From: the human T2T-CHM13v2.0 reference genome, Homo sapiens
Length of the DNA stretch: 64,000 nucleotides
Assembly: GCF_009914755.1 (NCBI RefSeq)
Contig: NC_060935.1
Reading direction: 5' to 3' (one strand)
In this document: piece by piece, positions 19,089 to 36,820 of the stretch
How the letters are laid out: each line of letters starts with the position of its first letter
How positions within the stretch are numbered: the first letter of the stretch is position 1
Program-made: the position numbers and the translations under genes
Notes under the pieces: generated by a model
The model's input: only the letters and a program-made list of their open reading frames with translations
Databases searched by the model: none
Told to the model about the DNA's origin: nothing

Positions 19089-21593
19089 TTTTAAAAACAC
19101 ACCTCAGCCCTCTCCCTCTCCCTCTCCCTCTCCCTCTCCCTCTCCCTCTCCCCCTCCCCCTCCCCCTCCCCCTCCCCCTCCCCCTCCCCCTCCCTCTCCC
19201 TCTCCCTCTCCCTCTCCCTGCATCCTCCCTGCCTGATTCTCCTGCCTCAGTCTGCCGAGTGCCTGCGATTGCAGGCACGCGCCGCCACGCCTGACTGGTT
19301 TTGGTGGAGACAGGGTTTCGCTGTGTTGGCCGGGCCGGTCTCCAGCCCCTAACCGCGAGTGATCCGCCAACCTCGGCCTCCCGAGGTGCCGGGATTGCAG
19401 ATGGAGTCTCGTTCACTCAGTGCTCAATGGTGCCCAGGCTGGAGTGCAGTGGCGTGATCTCGGCTCACTACAACCTACACCTCCCAGCCGCCTGCCTTGG
19501 CCTCCCAAAGTGCCGAGATTGCAGCCTCTGCCCGGCCGCCACCCCGTCTGGGAAGTGAGGAGTGTCTCTGCCTGGCCGCCCATCGTCTGGGATGTGAGGA
19601 GCCCCTCTGCCTGGCTGCCCAGTCTGGAAAGTGAGGAGCGTCTCCGCCCGGCCGCCATCCCATCTAGGAAGTGAGGAGCACCTCTTCCCAGCCGCCATCA
19701 CATCTAGGAAGTGAGGAGCATCTCTGCCCGGCCGCCCATCGTCTGAGATGTGGGGAGCGCCTCTGCCCCGCCGCCCCATCTGGGATGTGAGGAGCGCCTC
19801 TGCCCGGCCGAGACCCCGTCTGGGAGGTGAGGAGCGTCTCTGCCCGGCCGCCCCGTCTGAGAAGTGAGGAGACCCTCTGCCTGGCAACCACCCCGTCTGA
19901 GAAGTGAGGAGCCCCTCCGCCCGGCAGCTGCCCCGTCTGAGAAGTGAGGAGCCTCTCCGCCCGGCAGCCACCCCATCTGGGAAGTGAGGAGCATCTCCGC
20001 CCAGCAGCCACCCCGTCCGGGAGGGAGGTGGGGGGGGGTCAGCCCCCCACCCGGCCAGCCGCCCCATCCGGGAGGGAGGTGGGGGGTCAGCCCCCCCGCC
20101 CGGCCAGCTGTGCCATCCGGGAGGGAGGTGGGGGGGTCAGCCCCCCGCCTGGCCAGCCGCCCCGTCCGGGAGGTGAGGGGCGCCTCTGCCCGGCCGCCCC
20201 TACTGGGAAGTGAGGAGCCCCTCAGCCCGGCCAGCCACCCCGTCCGGGAGGGAGATGGGGGGGTCAGCCCCCCCACCCGGCCAGCCGCCCCGTCCGGGAG
20301 GGAGGTGGGGGGGTCAGCCCCCCGCCTGGCCAGCCGCCCCGTCCGGGAGGGAGGTGGGGGGGTCAGCCCTCCACCCGGCCAGCCGCCCCGTCTGGGAGGT
20401 GAGGGGCGCCTCTGCCCGGCCGCCCCTACTGGGAAGTGAGGAGCCCCTCTGCCCGGCCAGCCGCCCCGTCCGGGAGGGAGGTGGGGGGGTCGGCCCCCCG
20501 CCCGACCAGCCGCCCCATCCGGGAGGGAGGTGGGGGGGTCAGCCCCCCGCCCGGCCAGCCGCCCTGTCCGGGAGGGAGGTGGGGGTGTCAGCCCCACGCC
20601 CGGCCAGCCGCCTCGTCCGGGAGGGAGGTGGGGGGGTCAGCCCCCCGCCCGGCCAGCCGCCCCGTCCGGGAGGGAGGTGGGGGGGGTCAGCCCCCCTGCC
20701 CGGCCAGTGGCCCCGTCCGGGAGGTGAGGGGCGCCTCTGCCCAGCCGCCCCTACTGGGAAGTGAGGAGCCCCTCTGCCCGGCCAGCCGCCCCGTCCGGGA
20801 GGGAGGTGGGGGTGGTCAGCCCCCCTGCCCGGCCAGCCGCCCCGTCCGGGAGGTGAGGGGCGCCTCTGCCCGGCCGCCCCTACTGGGAAGTGAGGAGCCC
20901 CTCTGCCCGGCCAGCCGCCCCGTCCGGGAGGGAGGTGGGGGTGTCAGCCCCCCGCCCGGCCAGCCGCCCCGTCCAGGAGGGAGGTGGGGGGGGTCAGCCC
21001 CCCCCGCCCGGCCAGCCGCCCCGTCCGGGAGGTGAGGGGCGCCTCTGCCCAGCCACCACCCCGTCTGGGAGGTGTGCCCAACAGCTCATTGAGAACGGGC
21101 CAGGATGACAATGGCGGCCTTGTGGAATAGAAAGGCGGGAAAGGCGGGGAAAAGATTGAGAAATCGGATGGTTGCCGTGTCTGTGTAGAAAGAAGTAGAC
21201 ATGGGAGACTTTTCATTTTGTTCTGCACTAAGAAAAATTCCTCTGTCTTGGGATCCTGTTGATGTGTGACCTTACCCCCAACCCTGTGCTCTCTGAAACA
21301 TGTGCTGTGTCCACTCAGGGTTAAATGGATTAAGGGCGGTGCAAGATGTGCTTTGTTAAACAGATGCTTGAAGGCAGCATGCTCGTTAAGAGTCATCACC
21401 AATCCCTAATCTCAAGTAATCAGGGACACAAACACTGCGGAAGGCCGCAGGGTCCTCTGCCTAGGAAAACCAGAGACCTTTGTTCACTTGTTTATCTGCT
21501 GACCTTCCCTCCACTATTGTCCCATGACCCTGCCAAATCCCCCTCTGTGAGAAACACCCAAGAATTATCAATAAAAAAATAAATTAAAAAAAA

Positions 21594-21624
<31 letters not shown>

Positions 21625-21634
21625 AATAAAAAAA
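19089..21634 (+). mobile_element. SVA retrotransposon (young, D/E/F-like), near full length
   Basis: (CCCTCT)n hexamer from 19108, Alu-like domain, GC-rich VNTR at about 19530-21075, SINE-R, AATAAA and (AAAT)n/A tail; 14-bp TSD aaaagctaacatcc at 19075-19088 and 21635-21648. Confidence 0.98.
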
Positions 21635-22490
21635 AAAAGCTAACATCCAAGATGTGTGTGTATGTATTTAAAAGGACTTCATGTTTTTGTTTTTGTTTTT
21701 CCTCCTAGAAACTTGATTTTTTGAGCAAGTTTTTTTTTCTCAGTTGACTGAATTCTGTTTTCTTTATTTACTTCTGCTGTCTACCAAGATGTATTTTTTT
21801 GTAGGAAAGCTTAAAGAGAAATAATTTTATCTGAGAAAGAATCATATGGTAAATGTTGTCCTAAAATGAAATGACTGGTTGTTTAAGAAAGAGGGATGTT
21901 CAGGACAAACAAGAAAGTCCAAACATGTCATAAATGACCTGTCTAAGTTATAATAAGATAATTTATTTTAAGAAAAAAATTTCTATATGATCTAGTTGCC
22001 TATAATTAAAGGAAATTATAATGGTCTTTCTAGAAATTAGGTTTTGATTTAAAAAATACTTAGTAAAGAATTGTTTCCAACTATGAAGTTTTCTTAAGGT
22101 ACTGCTTTATTCTTAATAAATTACAAGGCATTATAATTTTTGTTTTCTGCAAAGTTCAACTTTTATTGTATCTGTTTTCAGCTTTCTCTCCTTTTTTAAA
22201 AGGCCCAAAGTAATAACTCTATTCTTCAACTCATTTTCAGTTTCTGTAAGTTTCTTTTTTCCTTAAGGTTCTAGCTTGTGGCCTGATGCTTTAAAAAAAG
22301 CTTTATCTTAAAGAGCTAAAGGAAATGTTTCCTTTTAACCTAATATTCCTCATAAGGAATAGCAGTCACACTGCAGAAGGTCTTTCCTTTCGCCTTGGGT
22401 AACTGGCCTAATAAACAGATTTTATGCCTTATTGAAATAATTCCTATCATTATTACTAAGTTTTGTTTGCTTAGAAAAAAACATTCATTT

Positions 22491-22787
<297 letters not shown>

Positions 22788-25700
22788 TTAAATTCAGGAT
22801 ACTACATCCCTGTAACTTTCTGTATGTGTTTGTAAAGTCATTGTGTCATTAAGTTACAGGACTTTGACTCATGAGTCTAAAAGGACACCAAGTCCTGCTA
22901 AATCTTAACACTCACAGCACTTAAAGCCTCATCTTCAGACCCCATAGAAGATGCCAATCAAAGTAAACTGTGTTCATGAGGCCCAGGGCCAGAAATTAAA
23001 TCTATTCAAGGCCCTAGTCAAGGCCTGGGAACTGTTATGAAAGAGGTGGGCATTTGAGATTGTAAGGGCTGATTTGGAGAGATAAATAAGTTGTTTCTCT
23101 ATGAATTAACCATTATTGTCAAAGGCACACTAATGCAAAACCAGCCTATGGACCCCTGTGTCAGAATAATGAGATTTTCTTGAAGCATTAACAAACTCCA
23201 TGGTAAAGGTCAGAAAAGGCTTATGGAAATTATATCTTATGGTCAAGATGATTACACTTTATAGATTATAAAATTTTAAAAAACAAATTTAATAGGCTTC
23301 ATGCTGTTTTTATTAGAGTTTATTGTTTGGAAAGTTATGTCTCCTTTCTCAAATAATGGTTTTTACCTTTTTTGAAATCCTTGAGTTATTCCTTTGGTTA
23401 AACGAATATTTATTTTACAATGACCTGTGATCCCATTTTCCAAAAAGTGCTTAAACCTTTGATATTCAACAAGCTTTCCAAAATCAAATAATAAATTATG
23501 TCTTTTTCTGGCCTAATTAATTCTTGAAGATATTAGGTTTCCTAAAGTCCAAAAATGACATATTTGGCTTATGGGATATAAAAATCACACAGGAAGCATT
23601 ATCAAATATGGAATGTTGTTAGGCTTTTTTGGGCTATATTTCTATAAATATTTTATTGGTATGTGTTCCAAAATTATGTGAAACTCCTATAATTCTGCTA
23701 GGACTTAGTGTACATTACCAGTAATAATTATAATTGTTATGTTAAATTATTGTTTGCAACAGAGGTAACATTTCGTTGTCAATTGTGTCTTTGACTATGG
23801 CTACCCTGAAACTTTTTGTCATTCACAGTCAATTGTTGTTTTGGTCCTCTTTATAAGGTGGTTTTATAATCAGCTATAAAACTCTAACAGGTATTTTCTA
23901 ATGCAGGCTTCTGTTAATTGTCAAGATTGTGACATTTGAAAGAGGAAAAACTCTCAGAACTCTCATGGAGAGCTGGAATGTTCATGAATATCATGCAGAA
24001 CAGGAGTTAACTGCATGGACTGAACTAATAGGAGACTGAAATAATCTTTTGACGTTTTTGCTTAAAACATTGCTACTCCTTTGTTTTGTTTTTCAGAGTG
24101 AAGAAGCTTTTCTTTTGAGCTATTTACAGCTTGTAGCAATTAAGTAAAGTATACTCCCGTGAAAAAAATTTGGAGCATATTTGTTTCTCTCTACCTGATT
24201 TCTCCAGAATTTGTGAGTATTCTTAACTTATGGCAATATAGTTATTTTCATAAGTGCAATAATAATCTGTTTTCTTTTGCAACAGGAAACCATCAGACCA
24301 ACTGTTTATTTTACCAAGGCTTTGACTAAAATGGTGTGCTTTACTTTAAGTAATCAAACTTTACTTATAGTGCCAATAAAACCCCCTGGGGAAAACTGGC
24401 CTTGAACCTTGTCTACACAGTTTCTCTGCAGGGTTCCTGACCAGTGGTAAGTATAGAGTGTCACTTTCTGATTGGCCCAGGAGCCCCAAGTTATCTTTTG
24501 ACCTCAAGAGAGGAGAAATTTACCTAGCTCATTGATATTTGACGGTACAAATCCATGGCTAGGCTCAGCTTTAAAAAAGTCTTATTGGAGATTCCTTATG
24601 GAACAGCACTTCATTAAAGCCAATTTAAAAAGCCTATGTGAAAATTAATTATTGTTGCTCTGCTTTAAACAAATCATTAGGCCAAGTATGTTACTAAAGT
24701 TTATTTTTTCAAACAAATTGGCCCCATTATAATTTGTTTTTAATAAAAATGGGAGACTGAAGAGAGAAAAATTATGTTTCAAAAAACTACAGTGCACCTG
24801 TTGTTAGATTCTAGTCTTGCCTTATATTTTTCAATTTTTATTATTTTCTACAGTTTGGACTAAATTCTAGTTTTTCCTGGCTACACGTCTCCAAAGTAAT
24901 GTTTTCAATTTTTTCTTTCCTTCTTTTCTTTTTTCCACCCATGTTTTAAAATCTGACATGGAAAACTAGGCTGTGCTTTCTCAAAGCCTTGCAAACTGAA
25001 GCTAGACAACTTCAACTTCAGAAGAAAATAACAGCAACCTATTTACATACCACTTTCCTACCTGCCTCCTGATGTATGGATTTCAAAGTAATATGGTCTA
25101 TATTGATTTTTCCATATTGTTCTTTTGTTTGTTGTTATTTTCCTCCCTTCTTCTTCCTATTTTATGTTTGTAGGGCATGAGACCTCACAACCTTCTAAAA
25201 AATGGGCTTTCCTAATAATGTAGACCTACCCATTGAGGAATAAATTGTCCTAGCCATGAGAGATCAGATGACTCCCGAGATCAGATACTCATTTTCTTCT
25301 AAAATGCTTTCTCTGAAAGATTTTTAAAAGAAAAGGAGGGAAATGTGAGAGGAAAATAAATTTGGGGGCCCTCAAATTAATATTTATTTTCAAGATTTAG
25401 ATCCAAACTGTAGAAATTTCTGGCCCTGTGTCTCACAAATGCAGTTTATTTTGATTGGCATCTTCTATGGGGTCTGAAGATGAGGGTTTAATTTAAGTGA
25501 TCAGTGTGTAAGATTTAGCAGGACTTGCTGTCCTTTTTAGACTGAAGAGCCAAAGCCCTGTTCTAACCAATACTTCAGTGTATGTTTTAGTTTTTGTTTT
25601 TAGCAATGCCTGAACTCTAGAACAACTATTATAAATAATTTCCCTTTAATTATAGACAACTTGATACAAATCACTTATGACATGCTTGGACTTCCTGTTT

Positions 25701-26966
25701 TATCCTAGACATTACTCTTTCTTAAATCATTAATTTATTTGAGGGCAAAATTCTGCCACTTAAGATTCTTTCTCATATAAAATTATTTTCCTTTCAATTT
25801 TTCTTATCAAAACTACCTCATTATAACTTTCTTTACATTGTTCTAATTCACTAATTGCCTTTATCTAATTTAACAAATAACTTTTATGTAAATCTGAATT
25901 AGTAAAATATTTTCTTTCTAGTAAGAACACATATGTATTTTTAAGAAAAATGTTTTTCTATAATTAAAAAAATTAGAAATGACCCATTTAATGCATATTT
26001 CTTGTTTAGCTTAGTAAAACTTTAGATTATAAATTATATGACAAGATTATCTACAAGCATCCATTCCATTATAGTTACCTAATTCATTAATTTTTAAAAT
26101 AGTTTACCCAGATTACTTATGAAAACTCTGATAGTTATTTGAAGTTATTTCCTTGCTAACCATTTTGATAGCCTGTGAATTTCAGGCTTTTCTAAGTAAG
26201 AACGTTAAGTTTAGCTAAGTGGGGTTTTTGTGATTTTTCTTTGCCAATAACTAAGGACTTCACTGTTTTGTATTTCACCTAATTTTTTAAAATCCGCTTA
26301 CTTATTAAATATTTACTTAAATCACTTGAACTTGAAAGAGAGTTTGGCTTAAAGTCTCTATATTCCAATAAAGTATTTGATTTAAGTGATTTTTTAAAGC
26401 CAATCAATTAGAGCTCTTTTATATATTTTTAGTAGTGAAACATATACATAACATGTAAGTACATAGGCATATTAGACACATAGATATAAGTAGATCTTAT
26501 AGATTCATAGACCTCTATGAATTCTTTTATTTTAGACTTCCAATTTCTTAATAACTGATTTTACTACCCTAGACAATTGTCAGTGAGATAGCCCTAAATT
26601 TGCATGTTAAAGAAATTCTGAGGTGAAAAATCAGATAACAAAATTTACATCTCAAAGTACAGATAGAGTCTGGTGGTGCTACAGGGAGATTAAAAATGGA
26701 TGCCAAATTAAACATGAAATGATAGAACTCTACCAAAGGATTGTGTAAGAAGACCAATTTTATTTAGAGAGGGACTACCTATCTCTTAACTGGATCTCTG
26801 AGCTCTGAGCAGAGCCTATGCTTCAGGATTCATCCTGGGTCTTTAAAATGGGAGAATTATTATGAGGCTAGACCATATGGTGTTTTTACAGTGCACTTGA
26901 AAGAGGATTTCTGTAAACAAAGACATTTCTAAGTGTCTAAATTACACTCTTCCTTAAAAACCTAAG

Positions 26967-27464
26967 TTTGGGATGTGATGAGGTTTCTCTTCAAATAGCC
27001 TGATCGATCCTTTATTATTTAATTCATAGTACCCCACAAACACCACCCCTTTTTCCTTTTTCTCTTTTTTTCCTTTCTGCCTTTGTTACATGCCCGGACA
27101 CGCCACAGTACCAGGCATTTTCCTTTCATTATTTGGAAAGAAGACTATCTCTCTAGCTCATTGCAGACACCCCTTCCCCTTTTCCCCTCTCTTCTCTTCG
27201 TGCCCACCTTATCTAAAGAAATTTCAAATGTCTAGCCAAGCGGGATTAGTTCAGATTGTGTGACCCGACCCCAGCCAATGGGGAAAGGGTACAGAGGCAG
27301 GACTTGCATCAGGAATAAAGACTCTCCTGCCCTTGCGTTCAGGTGTGCTGTCATGGTGACTGGCCAAGGAGAAGCACCCCTCTGCACAGAAGTAAAATTA
27401 CTTTGCTAAGAATCCTTTCTTTGAGTGTTCAATCTCCTTAGGATTTTGAGTGTTATTCCCAACA
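26967..27464 (+). mobile_element. Solo LTR, LTR10-like (HERV-I family)
   Basis: Ends ttattcccaaca; 5-bp near-TSD ctaag/ccaag; internal CCAAT and AATAAA; LTR10-type acatgcccggacacgcca motif. Confidence 0.7.
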
Positions 27465-27765
27465 CCAAGAGTAGCCTCTGTTATAAAAACTATTTTAGTC
27501 AAAAAGTCAGGCAACATGATACAAAAGCAAGCAGTTAAGATCTGAGAGAAACTTGTTTGTTTACACTTTTATGGTTTCATAAAGAAAAACAGAGGTTTCT
27601 CTCCAAAGGTGTGTCTGGTGACTTCTCTGTTTTCTTGTTTTGTTTTGTTTTCAGGAATCCCAGGCTATTATAAACTATTTTAGGTTCCTCATGCAGCAGA
27701 GAGTGTAATGAGAAAGGAAAGACAGCAGAAGTAAATGAAGAAAACAGAATTTAGTCAATTGAGAA

Positions 27766-28234
27766 TGTAGCAGGACGAGCCACAGATAAAACCTCTCAGA
27801 CACCGAGTTGTAGAAGGTAGGGCTTTATTCAGCTGGGAGCATCAGCAAGCTACTGCCTTAAAATCCAAGCTCCCTGAGTGCATAATTTCTGTCCCTTTTA
27901 AGGGCTCACAACACTAAAGATTTCACATGAAAGTGTCGTGATTGATTTGAGCAAACAAGAGGTATGTGACAGGGGCTGCATGCACCGGTGGTCAGGGAGG
28001 AACAGAACAGGACAGGGAGTTTCACAATGTTCTTCTATACAATGTAAGGAATCTATGAATAACATCGGCTTCTAAATCATAAGTTGATTTTTAACTACTG
28101 GGTTTAGGCCAGGCGGGCCCAGGCCTGGTTTCAGGCCTGGCGCTGGGCTGCCTGTCTTTGGTTTTACTTCGTTGTTGTTTTTACTGAATATGAAACAATA
28201 TAAAACAAAGTGAGAGGGTCTTTCTCTCCTCTCA
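27766..28234 (-). mobile_element. Solo LTR, MER61-like
   Basis: TG...CA termini with a perfect 4-bp TSD agaa (27762-27765 and 28235-28238); tgtagcaggacgagccacaga terminus as in MER61. Confidence 0.75.
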
Positions 28235-29309
28235 AGAAGAAAAGAAAAACTTTTGCTCAGAAAAGAAAAGGTCCTAGGAGAAAAAAAGATAACGTAAAGA
28301 ACATTGAATAAAACACACACATGTACACGTACACATTTTGGATGTTAATTAAACTGACCTTTATCCATTGAGCTCCTTCGAAAAATATTTAAAAATCGAA
28401 TCTATATTTTAGGTAGGAAAAAATGCTGATATTTCAGAAGTAATAAGCATGAAATTAGAAACGGCTTGATATAGGAACCAAACCCTGCTTGTCGTGGTGA
28501 AGAAAAAAAGACGACAGAACTTTAGCTATGGAACTGCAGCATGGGGTGACAGCCAATGCTCTTTCAGTTTGGCCTGGCTAGCAAAAAGGTGGCCTTATTA
28601 TGTAAATAAAGCCCCTCAAGTATTCAAAATAAAAAATCTCCCCCAATTTTTTTTTTGTTTTTTGCAGGAATTTAGTAACTTTAGAGGCCTTGTTCTCATA
28701 AATTGAAACTTTCCTTTGGATTTGATCAAGTCAGATAAAGTTGGTCAAACTCAATGGGAAAAAGAAACAACAAGAAAAATGGAAACAAACAAACAACAAA
28801 GAAATGGTTAAGCAAAACAAGCAGATTATTGCACAGTTTATATGATTACTGAACTCTCTAATGGTAAGGAGAAATTAAGACCAGCTGGTTGTTAATCTTA
28901 ACTTTAGCCAAGACAAAATTCCAATTCAGCTACTTATCTAGGGATGGGTCTCAGGCTGAAGACTGCTCTCTACCATCTGAGGTGCAGAAAAAACTCAAAC
29001 TCTCTTCCTTGTTGAAAGTGAGCTCAAAGTCCAGAAAGGAATTACCTGTTTGAAATCATCATGGAAGCAGAAAAACTTGCCTTCCCTGTTGGAAGAAAGT
29101 AAAACTCCAAAAAATAAAAGGAGTTAAACTTTAGATCTCAACCAAATTTTGGGAGATCAGGGATTCTCCAGAGGGAGAGCTTCCAGGCCTCAGCAAATTT
29201 TCCTATTGGTTTGAGCCATAAAGAAGCTCAAGCTGGTACCACACACCCATAGGAACTTTGTCAAAGCTCAGAGATACCTCCACTCAGAATCCCTTTGTTG
29301 TTACCAATT

Positions 29310-29815
29310 CTGAATGCAAAATATCTGAGACAGGTCTCAGTTAATTTAGAAAGTTTATTTTGCCAAGGTTAAGGATGCACCCATGACACACCCTCAAGGA
29401 GTCCTGAGACATGTGCCCAAGGTTGTTGGGGGTATGGTTTGCTTATATACATTTTAGGGAGACATAAGACATCCATCAGTATGTGTAAGATGTACATTGG
29501 CTCAGTCCAATAATGTGTGACGACTGGAAGTGGGGGCTTTCTGGTTAGAAGTAGATAAGAGACAAAAGGTTGCATTCTTTTGAGTCCTTGATTAGCCTTC
29601 TACTGAATACACAATTTAGTATGGCTCAGTAAACCTGCATTTTTACATAAATGATAGGGTAGAGGAAGAAATCAGACATGCATTTGTCTCAGGTGAGACT
29701 CAGAGTGATAACTTTGAATAGAATGGGAGGCAGGGCTTGCCCTACGCAGTTCCCAGCTTGACCTTTTCCTTTAGTTTAGCGATTTGGGAGTCTCAAGAGT
29801 TATTTTCCTTTCACA
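29310..29815 (-). mobile_element. MER4-type LTR (5' LTR of the antisense element)
   Basis: aaaatatctgagacaggtctcagttaatttagaaagtttattttgccaagg...tattttcctttcaca. Confidence 0.8.
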
Positions 29816-30165
29816 GTGATAGCTTAAAGGTACCACAAATATCAAACCAGAAAAAAACTTGATTTAGGAACCAAAGCCAGGTTCTCATGGTGAAAAAAAA
29901 AGGGGGCAGAACCTTAGCTATCTTAGCTACTGAGCTAAGCCTGGGGGATGGCCATTGCTTTCTCAGTTTGGCTTGGCAAGCAAAAAGTTGTCCTTGTTCT
30001 GTAAATAAAGACCCTCAAGTAGTCAAAATCACGTTTTTTTTTCTTTTTCTCCCATTTGGCTGATCTTTTTTGTTCTTTCAGCTGCAGGAATTTAGCCAAT
30101 TCAGAGACCGTTTTTTTTTTTTTTGTGATTTGGAACTTTCATTTGGATTTGATCAAGTCTAATAG

Positions 30166-34141
<3,976 letters not shown>

Positions 34142-35074
34142 GCGATGACTAAATCAAAACTTTGGATTCAGAATACTGAGCTTGTCATAAAGTGTAAGAT
34201 GGATCATGGGGAGAAGACACTGGAGAAAAAGTGCCTAGGCAGAGACCGATAATATTTGTCCAGAGGGCAAATTATGAGACTCCACTTAGCTCAGTGGTCA
34301 TGAGAGATGCCTGAAGAAATAAAGTCAAGAGACCCTGCATGAGTCAATCCTACACACTTGATAAACCTCATTCTCAGGTTTTTGAACTAGATGTTCTTCA
34401 AAATTAGTAATATCATTAGCAAAGAAGACATCCAGGATGTCAATCAATGAGCACATGAACACCAAGAAAGCTGACTATGAGATGCTGGCAGGTCTAGGAA
34501 GGCGTTTCTAGGGGTAAAATACAAGCCCAGCTCCCCTGCAGTTACATTCCTCCTCCCCCTCAGAGAGCAGCAGTCCTTGCATTCTTTTATTGTATTGTCA
34601 TTTCATGAAACTTTTCATTTCAATCATTTTTAAGTGTACAATTATGTGGCCTTCAGTGTATTCTTGATGTTGTCGCACTATACATTTCTAGGAAATTCTC
34701 ATTCCAAACAGAAACCCTGTACTTCTTAACAATGACTTTGATACCCTCTTCTCCCTGTCCCAGCCTGAGCGGTCTTGCTGGATCCCACTTCACACTCTTT
34801 TAACAGCATCTCTGGAAGGAAAATGTTACCGTATGTGACATGAATGTGATCAGCTTTGAACGTTGAGAAGAGTGAGCACCTTGCGACCCCCAGGCTTCAA
34901 AGGCTATGGAAGTAGCTAAGGCAGCAGCCCTAAGTGACAGCCCTGCTGATGTCAGGAGTCCTGTGAGTATCATGGGGGACTCCCATGCCAGCTACTGCCT
35001 CCCCAGGTCACTGGATGACTGCACCTATAGAAGAGAGAGGTAAGAGAATGAGGACTGCATGGGGTCTACTTATA

Positions 35075-35175
35075 CACAGATTCGTGTGTTCCAGACAGAG
35101 CCTGGGCATCACCTGCTTTTGACAGCTTCCCAGTGGATTCCAAAACAGAGCCAGGATTAAGGCACCCTGGGTAAG
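35075..35175. mobile_element. MER5-like DNA transposon fragment
   Basis: gagcctgggcatc...cagcttcccagtggattcc...gccaggattaaggcaccctg. Confidence 0.5.
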
Positions 35176-36355
35176 CATTTCTCATTCTCATGTTCATTAG
35201 TGGAAACAATCTTGGACCTTCCTGGGTACTAGTGAGGACTAAAAAACAAAGGAAAAATGTTCCAGCAAAATGCATACTGGGGTGTTCAATAAATAGAAAT
35301 TTTTATCAATTGTAAGCATTTGAGTAATAATTTCTAAGATATGTTGAGTGCTTTATAGTATTAATTTATCTAATGTGTTCTCACAACAATGCTATGACAT
35401 GCATTCTATTTCACAGGAAAATAAGTGAATGATTAAAAAGGATGTCTATGCATGTGGGTGCATGTGTGTATAAAGATGTAATGTAAGGTGTGGGCATCCA
35501 TGGGGGCCTTACAGAGAAGGAGACATGTGAAGTGCATTCTATGGTTGGGGTGGTCAAATGTCAGAGGCAGGTAAGTCTATAAAGGCAAAGGAAAACCTAT
35601 ATGGCCTGGTGCAAGGATGTGACTCATGTGATGTATAAGAAATGAGATACAACAACTACGGCTGAGGACAGAGCACCCAGGAAAACAGAAGATGAGGAGA
35701 CAGGGCTCCCAGGAGCAGGGTCTTGGAAGTCCTCATGTGGAACACAAGGCTGTGGATGTGTTTCTCCAGCAGTGGTTCCTCTCTGGGGTTCTCAGAATGT
35801 AGCCTGAGCTCTGGGAATCCTTGTGTCTGTCTGTGAATCCTTGTGTCTGTCCATGCGCAATGTGTAGGCTAAACTGGTCATGAGTTTCACACACTTGGGT
35901 TCTATTTTTTTAAGTGTCAATATTTTCTGGTGTTATTAAAATACAAATTTCTTTTAAAAGCAATGTATAATAATAACTACTGTTATCTACTATTTTCTCA
36001 GTTGTATAATAATAGCTATTATTATATAAATATGAGTTTAGGTAAAAAATGACTTCTCTTACTTGAAACCCTTGAGAACATGTGCCCTCTGGTCATTTAG
36101 GGTTGTTGGAGGATAGGACCATGTTTCAGTTTTGGGAGGCTCGCATTGGCATGAACAAGGAGGGTTTATCACAGGAAGGGCTCACAGAGGCTGGGAGACA
36201 ATTTAGGAGACATTAATCTGAGTTGAGTTTGGAAGGACTCGGATAAGACTGTTAGGTGGCTGTGTGATGGAAAGGAAGGGACTCGTGGAGGTGACACTGT
36301 GGCCATGGAGTAAACAGAACTTGGGGTACGGTGAGGAGTCAGGAGGGAGGGAAGC

Positions 36356-36820
36356 TGTAGTTGGCTGATTTATGCCTCCATCTCCCAAAAGATATACACA
36401 TTCTAATCCCTGGAATCTGTGAATGGCCCATTGCAAGATGAAAAAGCATTATGTAGACATGATTCAGTTAAGGATCTTGAGATAGGGACATTATTCTGAA
36501 TAATCTGGTGCTTCCTAACCCCAACCTCTGTATTTTGTAATTAAAAGTCAGAGAGGGATTTGACACGGAAAGGAAAGGAGATGGGAATGTATCATGGAGG
36601 CAGAGGTTGGAGTGATGTGGCCACAGGACCAGCATGGTCAGCAGCCCTTAGTGAACTCGCCCGGAGAGCCCCCAGAAGGAACGGAGCCCTGCTGCCCCCT
36701 GACCTCCCCACAGTGATACCAGTGTTGGGCTTCTGACCTTCAGAGGTACAAGAGAATCCGTTGTTTTAAGCCACCAAGCTTTCGGAGGTTTCTTGCAGCA
36801 GCCACAGGACACCAAGCCAG
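36356..36820 (+). mobile_element. MLT1 (MaLR) LTR
   Basis: ctaatccctggaatctgtgaat...gttaaggatcttgagat...gcagaggttggagtgatgtggccac...tgttttaagccac. Confidence 0.85.

Larger units (their letters stand above)
25380..29309 (-). mobile_element. MER4-group ERV internal region (antisense) with nested solo LTRs
   Basis: 25420-25487 is the reverse complement homolog of 22927-22995; a PBS-like aattggtaac...gggattctgagtgg follows the LTR at 29310-29815 on the minus strand. Confidence 0.7.

Noticed and set aside
19530-21075. Array of near-identical 35-50 nt units resembling a CRISPR array
   Set aside because: There are no unique spacers; it is the SVA VNTR in primate DNA
19069-21582. Many long overlapping Pro/Gly/Arg-rich ORFs (up to 297 aa)
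   Set aside because: They arise from the stop-poor GC-rich SVA hexamer and VNTR and are not genes
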